The translations under genes and the position numbers were made by a program. This document shows, in pieces, positions 1 through 13,780 of a DNA stretch of 64,000 nucleotides; position 1 is the first letter of the stretch, and each line of letters opens with the position of its first letter. Under the pieces are notes generated by a model. The model had not been told where the DNA came from. It ran no database searches and saw nothing but the letters and a program-made list of their open reading frames with translations. Source of the stretch: Tubiluchus corallicola. Lineage: Eukaryota; Animalia; Priapulida. Location: contig JAQGDQ010000185.1 in the NCBI GenBank assembly GCA_030141605.1, forward strand, positions 62,001 through 126,000, read 5' to 3'.

Positions 1-580
1 TAATTGATTGTTATATAATCGAGTTATCAAGAGCAACACGATCGCTCTCATTTAGCGTTTTGGAGTGAGTTGATTTAATCCCTTAATGGATAGTCGATGT
101 AATAGTTCAAAAGTCACAATTCGTCCTTTGATAGGCGCAAAGTGTTTTTATTTTAATTTTGGCAAGCGACCAAGTCTAGAATGGGTTTCACTGTTAAACC
201 TCTACTGAGTTTTTCAGTTAACTGGATTTGGTGCTTGAGATAAAGATACTATGATTCTTCTAACTTTGCTACATTTAAAAAACCTCACTTTCTGTATGAA
301 ATATATGGAATATTTACAATATATACAGTACTGAAACATACAGTAGTTAAATGCGATATAATAGTTATATTAAATATAATATAATCTAGCGTGACATACA
401 AGCGATTTTTCGTAGGCGACAGAAATTGGAAGGCAAATGCCGAAACGTAGTAGCGAATAATGGCATCTAGCATCATTTTTTGCGTTATTATTTAGAATAA
501 GTAATTATTTCAGTTTATTCTCGATGACTGTTTTCACAGTAATAAGATGTAATTACTTTGATTTATTTGCCGTCGTAATA

Positions 581-781
581 CAGGACGTTCCAAAAGAAGT
601 GCAAATGTGAGAAAATGAACCTCTACTTTTGTATTATGACATCATAATGATGTAAAATATTTCACTGTGCCAAAGTTGCTGTCATATAACTTGGTATGAG
701 CACATTTATTGGACATTGTATGGCGTTAATATTTGCATGCTTATGGCCTTTGTTAGCCCCCTATTCTTTTGGATCACTCTG
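581..781. mobile_element. Tc1/mariner-type MITE (~200 bp)
   Basis: TA|CAGGACGTTCCAAAAGAA at the left end and TTCTTTTGGATCACTCTG|TA at the right end form imperfect TIRs with TA flanks. Shares the internal motif ATATAACTTGGT with the MITE at 33709-33918. Confidence 0.55.
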
Positions 782-1293
782 TATAAGTAAATTCTTCTAA
801 TGGGTAGATTTTTAGCTGTCTAGGAAAATAAGTGATGCATTATATCCCTCCCTATTTCTCACATGATTAACACGCGCGACGCAATTAGTGATGCGATAAT
901 TAGATTGCAATTTGTTACGTTTAATTTGCCATCTTGCACCATTTTTCTCTCGTTGTGTTTTTGCTACTTAAAATTGAAATGGCTAAATGAAGAATTATTG
1001 TTTAAATACGACCGAGACAAAAAAGCTTGTGATATTGTGCTTATACATAGTTTAGGTGTGCTTACAGTCGTTACTATATTTGTGTTCACAAGCAAGTTGA
1101 ATGTTTCGCAGATGCTTTATCACATTTATCAACTTCTATGGCTGTTTCAGCCTGCCAAGTCTACACGATCCTTCCAAAGAATGACGTTCAGAAGATTGAC
1201 ATTCAAGTTTAGGTCTGTTATGCAGTGAGCGGCTCTCAGCACCATAATTCTACCCCTCTCACTCTTCCTTTCGCTCTCTTTTTTCTCTCCCTC

Positions 1294-1294
<1 letters not shown>

Positions 1295-1336
<42 letters not shown>
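1295..1336. repeat. (CT)n microsatellite
   Basis: Directly visible dinucleotide run. Confidence 0.95.
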
Positions 1337-1340
<4 letters not shown>

Positions 1341-2909
1341 TCGATCTCCATCTCATATGAGAGAGGGAAGCAATTTTGTGACGTATATGATCCTGAAAAT
1401 ACAAAAAAGTGTTCGACTAGTTTAAAACAATGAGGATTATATAAAATATAAAACGCTGCACCTGCAAGCTACCTGTAAGATTATGGGCTGTGCGCAGTGA
1501 TTATCCATACATTTATTAGAGTCATAAATCTGTTGTTATCGTTGCTATAATTCAAACTTTATTGTAGGGACTTATTCCCACTAGACGAAAGTCACCCAAT
1601 ACAGATTTTACTGTTTGTTAGAATCAAGATTTTACCATCACTACTTTTACATTTTTAATGAAGAATCAAGAAAGGTACAGCAAATTTCCAGGCAAATGCA
1701 ATCCATAAACCGTTATGAACTTAACTAATAGGGTTGTTCCTATAATGGGTTGATCACGCACTTCAAATGAACGTGCCATTGTTACATTATTGTGGCTTCT
1801 TTCATTTTAACTTATAAATAAATGCACGGAGATTAATGTTTAACTCCATCCATGATACATCTGTCTCGACAATGAGTGTTCTAATTTTTTATGGAAAACG
1901 GGTATGTGACAAAGGCAAACGCTTCACACATCATGACTTTCTGCAGAACGTCATCTCTGAACATGCAAATTAGCTGTTTGATGCTAAGGAAATGCTCAGT
2001 TTTTTTATTAAATTCCTGACATAAATATTTACAAACTTCGAGGAGCGCATGTTACTCAGATTGACTAATCAAAGTATTCATTCTTCCGATATTGAGTTTT
2101 AACACGATCTTACGATATTTTATGTATTTATTTATTTGTTTATTAAAAACAGCCGAATTCAGCCGGAATTCGCCTAATTTATAATCTGGAAATTCTCAAG
2201 TTTACAAAAGTAGAAGATAAAAAACGTCTCCTGGCCTGTTGATATATGCGGACGCGACGACATTTTTTAAAGTTTTATTTTAATTGTAACAGTTAGATTT
2301 ATATGTACAGTTGATTATTTTAATTACTGTTGCAAACGCGTCGTACTAATTGTTTCTTAACTCGTCCGTGAAAAGCATATGACTAAAGATATCTATGCCG
2401 ATGTCTATGTCTATAATCAACAATAAACTAAACAAAAACGCATGACAATACGCTATTCCTATCTAAGCACTGTCTAAAAATTCATAAAAAAATATTTAAC
2501 TCAGCCTTACTTAACGCGTGATGTTTTACTACATCTTACTTATTCTGTTAAAGAATCAATGTTGGCTGTTAGTTCCAGATAGTTTGGGAGTACTCAGGAT
2601 AATTTGTTGCTGTGATTGAGAGCTTTGTCACGTGTCACGTTAAATGACAATTTAGCTTGCAATTGTTACCGCTTATGTCACTTTGCGATCACTCTAATGC
2701 TGCCCAGTTGATGCTCTGATTCGATTCGGCGAAGCGGATAAAAGACAGCAGGTTTTTCTGGCGCAAATGCGCCTCTTCCTGATCAACGAAGTCAGGATGT
2801 GTGTCAGTGACAGGCTTCGTATGCGCGAATCGCATTAGCGATAAAGCTATTATGAAACTATTAATCAATGCCTGCTTTTTATACGCCTCAAATACACTTG
2901 GATTTTTGA

Positions 2910-3226
2910 CATTGCTGTTGATGCTGTTCTTTCTGCAGCTGTTTTTACTGCTACTGCTGCTGACGGTGTTGGTGGTGGTGAAAGCGCACCAGCTGCTACT
3001 ACTACTACTCTACTGCTGTTGCTGATGGTAGTTGTAGTGGTGATAGCGGTGGTGGTGGTGGTTGTGTATATGGTGGTGGTAGTGGTTGTGGCAGCGGCAG
3101 TGGTGGTAGTGGTCGTGCTGGTGATGGTAGTGTTTGTGTTACTTCTCCTGCTGCTGCTAATGTTGCTTTTCACTGTGTCTGGTGCCACTACTGTTGCTGT
3201 TACTGCTGCTGTTTCTTACTGCTGTT
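2910..3226. repeat. Degenerate trinucleotide low-complexity tract (CTG/GTG/CTA)
   Basis: Directly visible; explains the poly-V, poly-T and poly-L ORFs in the track. Confidence 0.85.
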
Positions 3227-4139
3227 CATAACCAATTTAAAAATTCATGCGGAAGAACATTTCTAGTAAAGCATGTTGGATTGTGTTCTCACCTTATTTG
3301 TAGTCAAAAATGTCGTTAACATTCTCTTCACTTCTAATTCTTGGTCTTTTTGTGTATGAGTTTTTACGATTGTTTAATTCATTTCAAACTTTATTTTATC
3401 TTCGTTTTGTCTTACTTTCAATACTCTTCACGCACACTTATTCTTTTATTCATGCATCTACTGTACAAATAATCAGTTAATTTTCAGGAAAGAAGAGACC
3501 AGAAACTAGCAGCTCATTCATATCTTCAGCAACGTTTCTCGTTAATATGCGCCAAATAATTATAGTCTTCATAGATATCTTGCAGTGAAAGGTAATATCG
3601 AATCCACCATTTTGACATTCGTTAAAGACGACATTTTCGAGTGTTTTACACATTACCTTGTCCTTCAAATACTGTCAAGAGGGCAATTTCCATGGAGGTC
3701 TGTTTTTAACAAGCTATCTTGTTCTGCCAGTCTGCTAGTAACCTTTCCTTTGTTACTTGTTTACTGACGTTATTTGTGATAGAAATTTCAGTGACTGCAG
3801 TTAACGACGAGCAAATCAGAACTGTTGTTTTATGTTAGCAAAACGTCAAAATTTACCTTCGTAATTCACGTATTGTACTCTGGAAAGTCCTAATTGCTCT
3901 GGGGGTTTCATTGACGAAGTCAGGTTATCTCCTGCGCTGTTGATGTATGCGGCAGCGACGACACTTAATGGCTTGCGGAAATGTCACACCTTGTTAAAGT
4001 TTAATGCCAAGCAAGCATGCACAATATCTTGATTATTCTAGCGGCGGTGAGGCACAATATTTGGGCTAATTAACTTAAACTACAGTAAGCTTTTGTGCAA
4101 GATCCAGAGAGAAATTTTGTTGTAGACCGTGAACTTTAA

Positions 4140-4325
4140 AGGAAAACAGGATGATTTTCAGTATCCTACCCCATTTTGAAGTACTGTATACATTTGAATA
4201 CACATAAGCGTTTCTGATAATTAAATAATAGATTAAAAACTTAATTAGCGAGCCCAGTTAGTGATGATGTCACAAATGAACATAACTTTTCAGCAGCACA
4301 AATATTCCATGAGCGTGTTGCACGT
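4140..4325 (+). mobile_element. 5' part of a TTAA-flanked non-autonomous DNA transposon (Kolobok-like)
   Basis: Starts TTAA|AGGAAAACAGGATGAT and aligns by eye with 42829-43010 (shared GCGAGCCCA...GATGA.TCACAA.TGAACATAA...CAGCACAAA.ATTCCATGAGCGTGTTGC). Confidence 0.6.
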
Positions 4326-6284
4326 TTTTGCGAAAAGAAAATTTAAGTACAGTGCTACTGCAGTGTGATACACAAAATTCGTCAGATTTTAAGATTAAAA
4401 ATTTAAAGTTCAAGTTTATCGCTGTATTCACAAATGAGCTCTTGAAAGTGTGCGCTACAATAAACAACTTTGAACATGAGAGGGACTGTGCCTATTTTTT
4501 AACAACTGGTTTCCGAGATGAAGGCACTAGTGTCCATTCAAGTGAATGGCGAAAAGAACAAGTCGCGCGAAGGCGAAATTAAGTTTTTGCTGTAATATAC
4601 TTCATTCATGTAAGGTACAGTTAAAAAAACTACATGTTTTTTTCAATGTTTTTAGGTTAGATAGTTCTGGACAATACTTTAAACTTATGTCCAGTTTTTC
4701 TTTAAATTCTTCATGACGAAAAGTACGAAATTGCTGTGAGTGTAACCTTCCGCAATGGGAAAGTAGTGCGGCTTCGGAGAAAGTGATTTTTAGCATTTAG
4801 GTAACATTGAGATAATCAGCCACCGTAATAGACGTTGACATCCGTCCACATCGGAAGAATTAAGCGGCGTTTACCAAACTTCCGGAATTGCGTATGCGAT
4901 GTGCGTTATAGATATAAATAATGACAATAATGCAATAAACGTATTGGATTGAATTCCAGTAAACAGATGTATGAATTCACTTTCAACATGTTTTACCAAC
5001 AAATCTGCTAAACAGATGACAGACTTTTTTGTCCCCTAGGGAATACAGCCTGCTTGCACTCCTCCCTAACTTCGATTTTTACCCACGTATTTGTAGAAAG
5101 AATAAAAGCACAAAACTTGAATTGCCTAATAGTAAAAATAACTAACTGGTCAACACCATTAATATGAAAGGTGAGATAGCTGTTAACATTGCCATAGCCC
5201 TGCTACAATACGCTTAGGGCAATACGGCTGTCGCAGCCGTTTTTTATGAATGCAAGTATTTCAAGAATGACCCTCACATACAGAAAATTCAAATCAAGTG
5301 AAATCAAGTCTATTTATTATAAATACATATTTGCTGATGTTTATTTCAGTAATTTCAGTAAATTTATTTCAGTTATGCCTGCTCTCTCCGTCGCTCTTTC
5401 TTTCTGTTTCCTCTCTTTCTCTCTTTCTCTTTTCTTTCTCTTTCGCTGCCTCCAATTTCTCTCTTTCTCCTTCTCTGCCTCTCTTCCTCCATCTCTTTCA
5501 AATCCCTTTATCTATTTTTGCAAATAAATCTCTCATTGTTTCTTTTTCTTGCTTACTCTTTAATGAATGTTTTCTCTGTTTAATTCACAATTATAGATGG
5601 GCCAAAATATTTAAATGCTTACTATAGTAACAAGGGCAACTATACGACAATACACTTTAGTCTGTTTACTCTCTCGGTAGTATGCTACAATTTTTCTTTC
5701 AATTTTTCACAAGTAAGTAAAAGACCTTTGAGCTTTATTTCAACACAAAAATAAGCAGGTTTGCACTTGTGGCATCTAAAAAAATTGATTTGAGTACAAG
5801 TGGCACATTAGAAACGTCTCCTCGTTTCAACTTTGGACGTAATTAAGTTGGATCTTGGTAGAGAAAACGGAATTTCTTGGAACTCCAAAACAAATTATTC
5901 CTCTTTTGATAGCTGTGGCAAGTTGGACAAAAATGGTTTGTCACTTCAGTCCACTGCTTTGAGGAGAAAAACAGGATTACGAATCCTCGATTTTCGGAAA
6001 GCGATCGTGCTCAAGCTTTACAGAATAATTGCTTAATTTTCAGTCGGAGAAGAAATGATAAGCGACTCAGTACAATATGCAATCCACCCCGCTAAACAAT
6101 GCCTCTTCCAAAGTTTCTGCGCTGCAGAAGCAATCAGTTTAAGGCGTATATGTCTAATTTGAAATTCTATTTTCACGGAAAGGCTAGCATAAACCAAAGT
6201 CAACACAGCTAAATGGCTTTCAGAAATTATCGTAGTTTACATTACAATTTGAACAGCAATAAACTGGTAATAAATATGCGTAGT

Positions 6285-6684
6285 TCTGAATATGGAGTGT
6301 GTCACACGTTGTCTGCCCTAATTGCCATTGCATGAAAAATTGCAAAATATATGCGCATGCGCAAATATTTAAACCGGGAACATTTTTAATTCTGACTCAG
6401 TAAGTGTTTTGCTTGAAAAGAGTTCGAGTTAATTACTATTTCTGCTTGCTTTTGTATCATCACGATGTTTTAAGTCTAGACTACAAGTACAACTACGATT
6501 AGACCAACAACTTGGCCGCAAGTTCAACTGCATCTACAACAAGTACAACTACAACTACAATTAGGCTCACAACTGCATCTACAACTACAATTTACATTTC
6601 TATTTCTAAGCAACAACGACATTGGCAAAAATAAATATTACATCTACAATACTAATCTGCTTTATAAAGTCTCTGTATAAAGAA

Positions 6685-6766
<82 letters not shown>

Positions 6767-7593
6767 CGAGGGGGAGAGAGGGCGCGTACTTACCATATTT
6801 ATGATAAAGACAAGATCAAAGCAAATCTGCAAGTCTTTTGCTTCAGCATTCAGTGATATTTACAGAAAATCTGATTCGGCTTCAATCACAATAAGTCCTC
6901 TACTATATGGCTTCCCATAAACCCTCTTTTAAATCATTTTCATCAGAAGGTTTCGTAAGTTAAAACTTTTCCCTTTGAAAAACTCGCTAGCAAATTTGAG
7001 TGAGCCTCTCCGTGAACTTCGATTGCTAGAATAATAGTTTACATCTCTCCATCTCTTGCCTATTGAGTATTGAGATCCATTAAGAACATGCTGAATATAA
7101 TTACCCGTAATGCTAATTCTCTCCAGGCTGGCTAAGGCGATTAGCTTAGTGGTAGCTTTTAGTGAACATGCAGTAAGTTTTAAGTAAGTCTAGCCCTTTT
7201 TCTTTAAGTACTATATCGCTGGCGATAATAAGCTTGTTTGTTTTTCGAAATGCATTGATCAATATACTGCTTTCATAGTTTAAAGCAAGATTACGTATTG
7301 CAGCTTTCTGTTAACTAATAGGGCGCCTTGCTTTAAAAAACTGTTATGTATACATATATATTTCATCTAACTTTCATTACACGCTTTGCTTAAGTTATCT
7401 GGTGACACAAAAGCAAGAATTAATAAGTAACTCTAATGCGCGATGTTCCTTTTCAAGCAAAACACGGACGGAGCCAAAATTAAAATTTTTCTAAGCTTAA
7501 CATTTTGCGCATGCGCAGCTGTTTTTGCGGTTTTTTTCTATTCATTTTACTGACAATTAGAGCAGACATCGTGTGATGCACTCCGCATCCAGA
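6285..7593. mobile_element. Pair of ~85-bp diverged inverted repeats ~1.1 kb apart (possible TIR element remnant)
   Basis: 6285-6370 (GGAGTGTGTCACACGTTGTCTGCCCTAATTG...TGCGCATGCGCAAA) matches the reverse complement of 7500-7593 (GGAGTGCATCACACGATGTCTGCTCTAATTG...TGCGCATGCGCAAA). Confidence 0.55.
6685..6764. repeat. (GA)n microsatellite
   Basis: Directly visible. Confidence 0.95.
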
Positions 7594-7643
7594 GATTAAA
7601 AAAAGTTTCTTTAGGACTGAACATAATTATATAAAATAAGAAA

Positions 7644-7806
7644 AAAATTGAAAAAATGACGCCTGTATTATTCGTTTAAAATAGGTTTAAAGCCTTTTTT
7701 GAAAATCTGTAGAAAGTACGTGTATTTTTTTAAATTGAAAAATTAGGCCGTTATTATTCGTTTAATAAATAAGTTTAAAGCGTTTTTGAACATCCGTAGA
7801 AAGTAT
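7644..7806. repeat. Diverged tandem duplication, ~88-bp unit
   Basis: AAATTGAAAAA...TATTATTCGTTTAA...GTTTAAAGC.TTTTTGAA.ATC.GTAGAAAGTA occurs twice in succession. Confidence 0.7.
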
Positions 7807-8517
7807 ATAGGTACGTATGCTCATAACAATTTATAATAAAATTTCAAACAACATTAAGTCGTCGATGATGATAGGGTATTATGAAAAGTAAGGAAAACAT
7901 AATTATTGCGGGTTTACGGAATGCATAATTTAACAAGATTAAAAGCACTATTAGGACCCCAGTAATTCGCCGACTGAAACATATCCACTTTTAATTACCT
8001 CTACTAGGTTTACAGGCTTCAACTTAACTAAGATCAAAGCAAGGTACAGCTTTGTCGCCTTGAATTATTGAGGAGCATTTTGAGGAAACGATTAGTCGTC
8101 AAACAACTTCAAAAGTCCGGCACTTTTTAGCAGAAATTACGTATTTTATTATTTATTGCTATTAAGTACACTCTATACATGGGTCTTTCAAAATTACAGA
8201 CAGAGTTGCAGTATGGCTTTAATCCCAGCTGAAAGGATAAAGAGAGAGATTACTAACATGTTTAGTAATCTCAAAGTGTCTAGGCTTAATCTCATGCTCA
8301 GTTCTAAAATGTCTTTTTCTAAATATTTTTGTCAATGGTTGTTTTTCCGTGCTGTACATTTCAAAAATCGCATGCACAAAAACGAATTTTGCTTTAGTTT
8401 TAGTTGTCCTCTCTCTCCTCTTAATGTCGGTTTTCCCTGTCCCCTCTCTCCCTATCCCTTATCCCCTCTCTCTTCTTCTCTCTCTCTCCCTCTCCTCCCC
8501 CTCTCTCTTTCCTTCAT

Positions 8518-8548
<31 letters not shown>

Positions 8549-9863
8549 TCTTATTTTGTTTTTCAAGTGTGCATGTTTTGTAATATGGAACTACGGAACA
8601 TTGACTTTGCAATAAATAATCAGAAATTGGACGGTATCAATAGCAGAAGCAACAACAGCGGTGACTTGGGAGAAAGTATTGGCTGCAACTACTGCCGAGC
8701 AGCTGCATATATTCGTCGCCTTCCATTAGAGTTTACATTCCAAGTTGTTGAAGATTTTTGTTCACTAATTAAGCTTAATTGCTTTTGTTCTAACAATATA
8801 ATGCTTAATAGCTAGGATTCCTTCTGATTAGATTAAATAGATTTACCTGTACTTACCTGTAAGGTGGCGACACCTATGTTTATCTTCACCCTTTTTTATA
8901 CGTGTCATTCAAGGTTTCAATATTATCAAGGCAATGACGTAATGATAAATTTTGTGTGTGAAACTCATGCGTGTTTGCTGCCAAAGACGCTTTCAATCAG
9001 TTATAATTAATGCCTTGATAAGGAAGGAAATAGCTTACTTAAAATGAATATTTTGTTCCAGATAAAATGTTTTATTTGGATGAGATGTGAGATAGTCAAT
9101 CCTCGTTAAGTGCGAAGTGAAATGATGAAGAAGACATGTTAATGGGCCGAGATGATGGTACACGAGCAACAAAATACTAAGCAGAACTTGATGACTTTAT
9201 TTGTTGGTCTCTAAAAGAACTCGAACAAAAGTTCCCCATTGGGACAAATCACCGCATAATAATTCTATAAGACCTTTGTTTAAAATGAAACTAAATTGAA
9301 GTAATTGTGCCCTATAAAACTTGGTGTAATATTGTTTTCCTCTTATGTTTGCTACAAAAAAGTTCATGTAAAGCTCAAACATTGTATTTAACCTGTAAAT
9401 TTCAAAATGAAACCTCTTACAAAAATTAAAGGAAATTGGAAAAATCGACATTTTTTCCAGGAATTAACAGAAAATGTTTTATTTGAACATTGAACAGGGC
9501 TGCTATGTTATCGGTATGTTTTGATTGTGCGCATGCGATGTGACATTTTGGATGTGTGAGAAGATGTATTTTGTATGCCATATTTTGTTTTACATTTTCA
9601 TGTTTCTGCCTCTCTCGCAAATAACGAAGAGCTTCCTATCATAATCTCCGTTTTAAAGTTGATCTTCTTCTTATCTCTTGTTTTGATATGTAAGAAGCTT
9701 ACGGGTGCATAACGTAAAATCTCTCGAGAAAACATCATGATAAACTGAAAAAGGAGGGCGATAATAGTATTAACGAAATAATTTGCTGAACCATTAAAGC
9801 TAGCGTCTCCATAAAGCTAAACTCCATAAAGGCATTTCGTCCAACATCTAATTTCATGAATTT

Positions 9864-10344
<481 letters not shown>

Positions 10345-10810
10345 TAGTGGTAGTGGCATCAGAATCAGCATCAACACTAGTAATAATAGCAGCAGCAGCA
10401 AGAACAGCTGCAACGTTATCCGTTTTCAATCTTGAATATGACACTTTGTCAACCTTTATTAACGAGATACATAGGATTGACGATCTTACATATTGAAGTA
10501 TCAAGTCTTTGCAGCATCGACATTTCTCCTACCAGGAAAACAAATTCCCAATTGATTACTTAGTTGATGGTAATATAAGCTGCACATGACAGATTCAGTT
10601 AAATCTTGGCGAAATGCACAAATTGCGCTTAAGTACGAAGAGCACGGTCTCAAGGGCACGAAAGAGATATATGAAGGATCGATGTTCTCTCTCATCAGTT
10701 TTATATAGGAGCCCACAAGCAAAGCAGTTTATACAGAGTAAATGTTGCGTTAAACAGTAGCCCCACTCAAATAGATTCTTAAAAACCGAATATGCGGCTT
10801 TCGATACATT

Positions 10811-10958
<148 letters not shown>

Positions 10959-11175
10959 ACTTATTTGCAATTAAATCAAATCTAAGATTTTATTTGTTGT
11001 ACATGGGCCGAAATTGAAAATATTTAAAAGATTTGTTATATGAAAATGTAAATTGTTGATCTGAACCTGCAGAAAGAGGCACCTTTTCGTATATATGTTT
11101 TTATTTTTTGGATAAAGATTTATTAATATTATTATTATCTTTCTTTCTCTCTCCCTCTCTTTCTCTCACACTCTT

Positions 11176-11210
<35 letters not shown>

Positions 11211-13234
11211 TCCCTCCCTTCCCCCTCTCTTTCTCTTCGCTTTTTTTATTTCCCAACTTTAATTGTTCATTAGTCGTCATTCATAAACGTTTATTCTTTC
11301 TAAATGATTCCACCATTTTATTACTGTTTATCTCACAATTTTTGAAAATTCGTGACAAAATAGACATAAGGACGAGTTGCAGTTTTATAAACGAAATTGT
11401 TGATATTGTATTAAATTTTATCACTTAACTATGCCTGGACCAGTGTGGTTTACTCGCGTGTGACTGAGAAGTTTGCGTAATTTTTACATTACGAGGAGGT
11501 AGCTCCTGCCTCGAGCACCAGCATTTAACACCACCATGCTTTCACCTACCTCAGGTGCCTACCCTAAAAGTTTTGAGGCTCTAGTTAACGAAGTTTTAGG
11601 GCTATTCAAGTTTTAACATTTTGGCTCCTATCATAAGCCCCTAAGCGGTGGCGACTTTTTTAACTCTCTGTCCTACCCGAGGTGTGTACCCTATACCTAG
11701 CTTCGTGATTCTGCGCACTATAATTTTTCGGTTATTCAGTGTTATGGCTCGAACTGAGTGATGCCCCATATCCTTGAACCTTTATACAAAGTCACTGTTC
11801 ACCGTACCATTGTCAGGCTCATAGTCTAGGTGTCTACACTGACCCCAGTTTCGTGAGCCTAACTGTCTGCATTTGCGGGTTAACGTGAATTTTTGATAGT
11901 GTCATTTTAACGATGATGACGATGGCAACGACATCGACACTCTACTCGACGTGAGTGATCACTTGAGCCCCATTCTTGTAACGTGTCCAATCATATGATC
12001 ACTAGACTACACAGATTCTTTGTAGTTCAATGCAGGTTTCATTATAAGTAGCTCAATATTCCAGTTCTCATGTTTCTAAATGTTAGTTTGCTCATTTTAA
12101 AGTAATTTCCAACTCGATTAGTGATAATTATTTTCTGTAAAGTTTACATTATCGCGGCTAATCAATCAGTAACTTCAAATACGTATTGCAAGATTGCTAC
12201 TAGTGATGAACTGAACCAATAATTATTCAATTTTTGCACGCAAGCACTTATTCGCGTTGTTGGTCTGGCAATAGAGATTTTCGGTAGCCTGTCAACATAG
12301 TATAAAAGTAAAAAAGTGATAAAATATCTCCTTGTATAATGCCACGAGCGCCAGAAAACAGAACTCCTTGTAATCAAGGCAAATTCTTAGTTTATTCCTG
12401 GTGGTGTTAAAGATAATTATTTACTAGCAACATTAACTTGGAAATTAATTTTCGAAAAAGTTTGACTTGTTGGAGTGCTATACTACTAGAATTGAATTTA
12501 GCGGTCTAGTGACTACGTCATTTTACTTGTAAACTAAACCGTCCTTGTTCAAATCTCGCTTGATGTCTATTTTTCATATTTTTCATATATTCATACGCAT
12601 TCAAACGTAAAGTGGTGTTTAAAATATTAACAAACGTGGGTTGAATCCAGCTGGTTCCACTGCGGTTTCTTGCAATTTATATTACAAATTATTTTGTAAG
12701 TTCAGTTTCGTATAAATGACTTATTACGCATCAAATGTAAACATAAACCGAGCCATTCCGATTCTGGCGAGATCTATTCGGAGAAAAATTACTTTTGATA
12801 CTTAAAGACTCATCATACCCTATCTAACAAAAGCCCTTTTGAGCGAGGAAAGCCAGCAGAGAGAAAATTGAAAAATCGGAACTTTGATCGTCTATTCAAG
12901 ATGCAGCTTATTTCTTAATCATTTATCATTTCGTTTTTTCATCACTAGATGGCGGGCTTCATCAAGCAGCTATTCAAGTCAAACGTGACTAATGTTTAAT
13001 CAAAGAAACCCGCGCGCAAATGACGGTGTGATGTAAGAAGACTACGCCATTAATTTTCGCTGAACTGTCTGGACAGACAGGCGCAGTGGGCAAGTTCGAC
13101 ACTGAAAACAAAAATTTCAAGTTTGAATAATGGCTGCCAGTGTTGATGCATTAAATACTACGTTAAATATTGCTTCATGGTACGGAATTATTCTTTGTTA
13201 ATATAAAAGTATTGTATGTAAATGTAAGTTAACA

Positions 13235-13572
13235 TCTCTCTCTTTCTCGTTCTCCTTCCCCCCTCTCTCTCTCCCTGTTTGTCTCTCCCCCTCTCTCTCT
13301 TTCTTTCTTTCTCTCATTCTCTTTCTTTCTCTCTTCCTTTCTTTCTCTCTGTCTCTCTCTTTTCTCTCTCACTCTCTCTCTCTTTCTCTGTCTCTCTCTC
13401 TCTCTTTCTGTCTCTATCTATCTATCTATCTGTCTGTCTGTGTGTCTAGGTGTCTGTATGTCTGTCTCTCTGTCTGTATGTGTCTGTCTGTCTCTCTCTC
13501 TCTTTGTCTTTCTCTCTCTCTTTCCCTGTTTATCTCTCCCCCTCTCTCTTTCTTTCTTTCTCTCTTCCTTCC

Positions 13573-13619
<47 letters not shown>

Positions 13620-13780
13620 ATCTTGTCTGTCGGTGTGTCTGTCTGCCTGTCTGTCCATCAATCCGTCCGTCCGTCCATCATTCCATATATCCATCGACCA
13701 TCCATTATCCTTCTTTCTTTCCTTCTCTTTCTGTCTCACTCTCATTTCACTCTACCCCTCTCTCTCCCTCTTTCTTTCGC
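13235..13780. repeat. Compound pyrimidine-rich simple repeat (CT/CTTT/CTGT/CCGT)
   Basis: Directly visible. Confidence 0.9.

Noticed and set aside
8156-8815. 219-aa ORF
   Set aside because: Runs through CT and TA simple repeats, with no recognisable domain and no ATG start.
11470-11990. Higher-GC segment resembling a Helitron/Helentron-type non-autonomous element
   Set aside because: Termini and a second copy could not be defined within the window, so it is not supportable as a feature.
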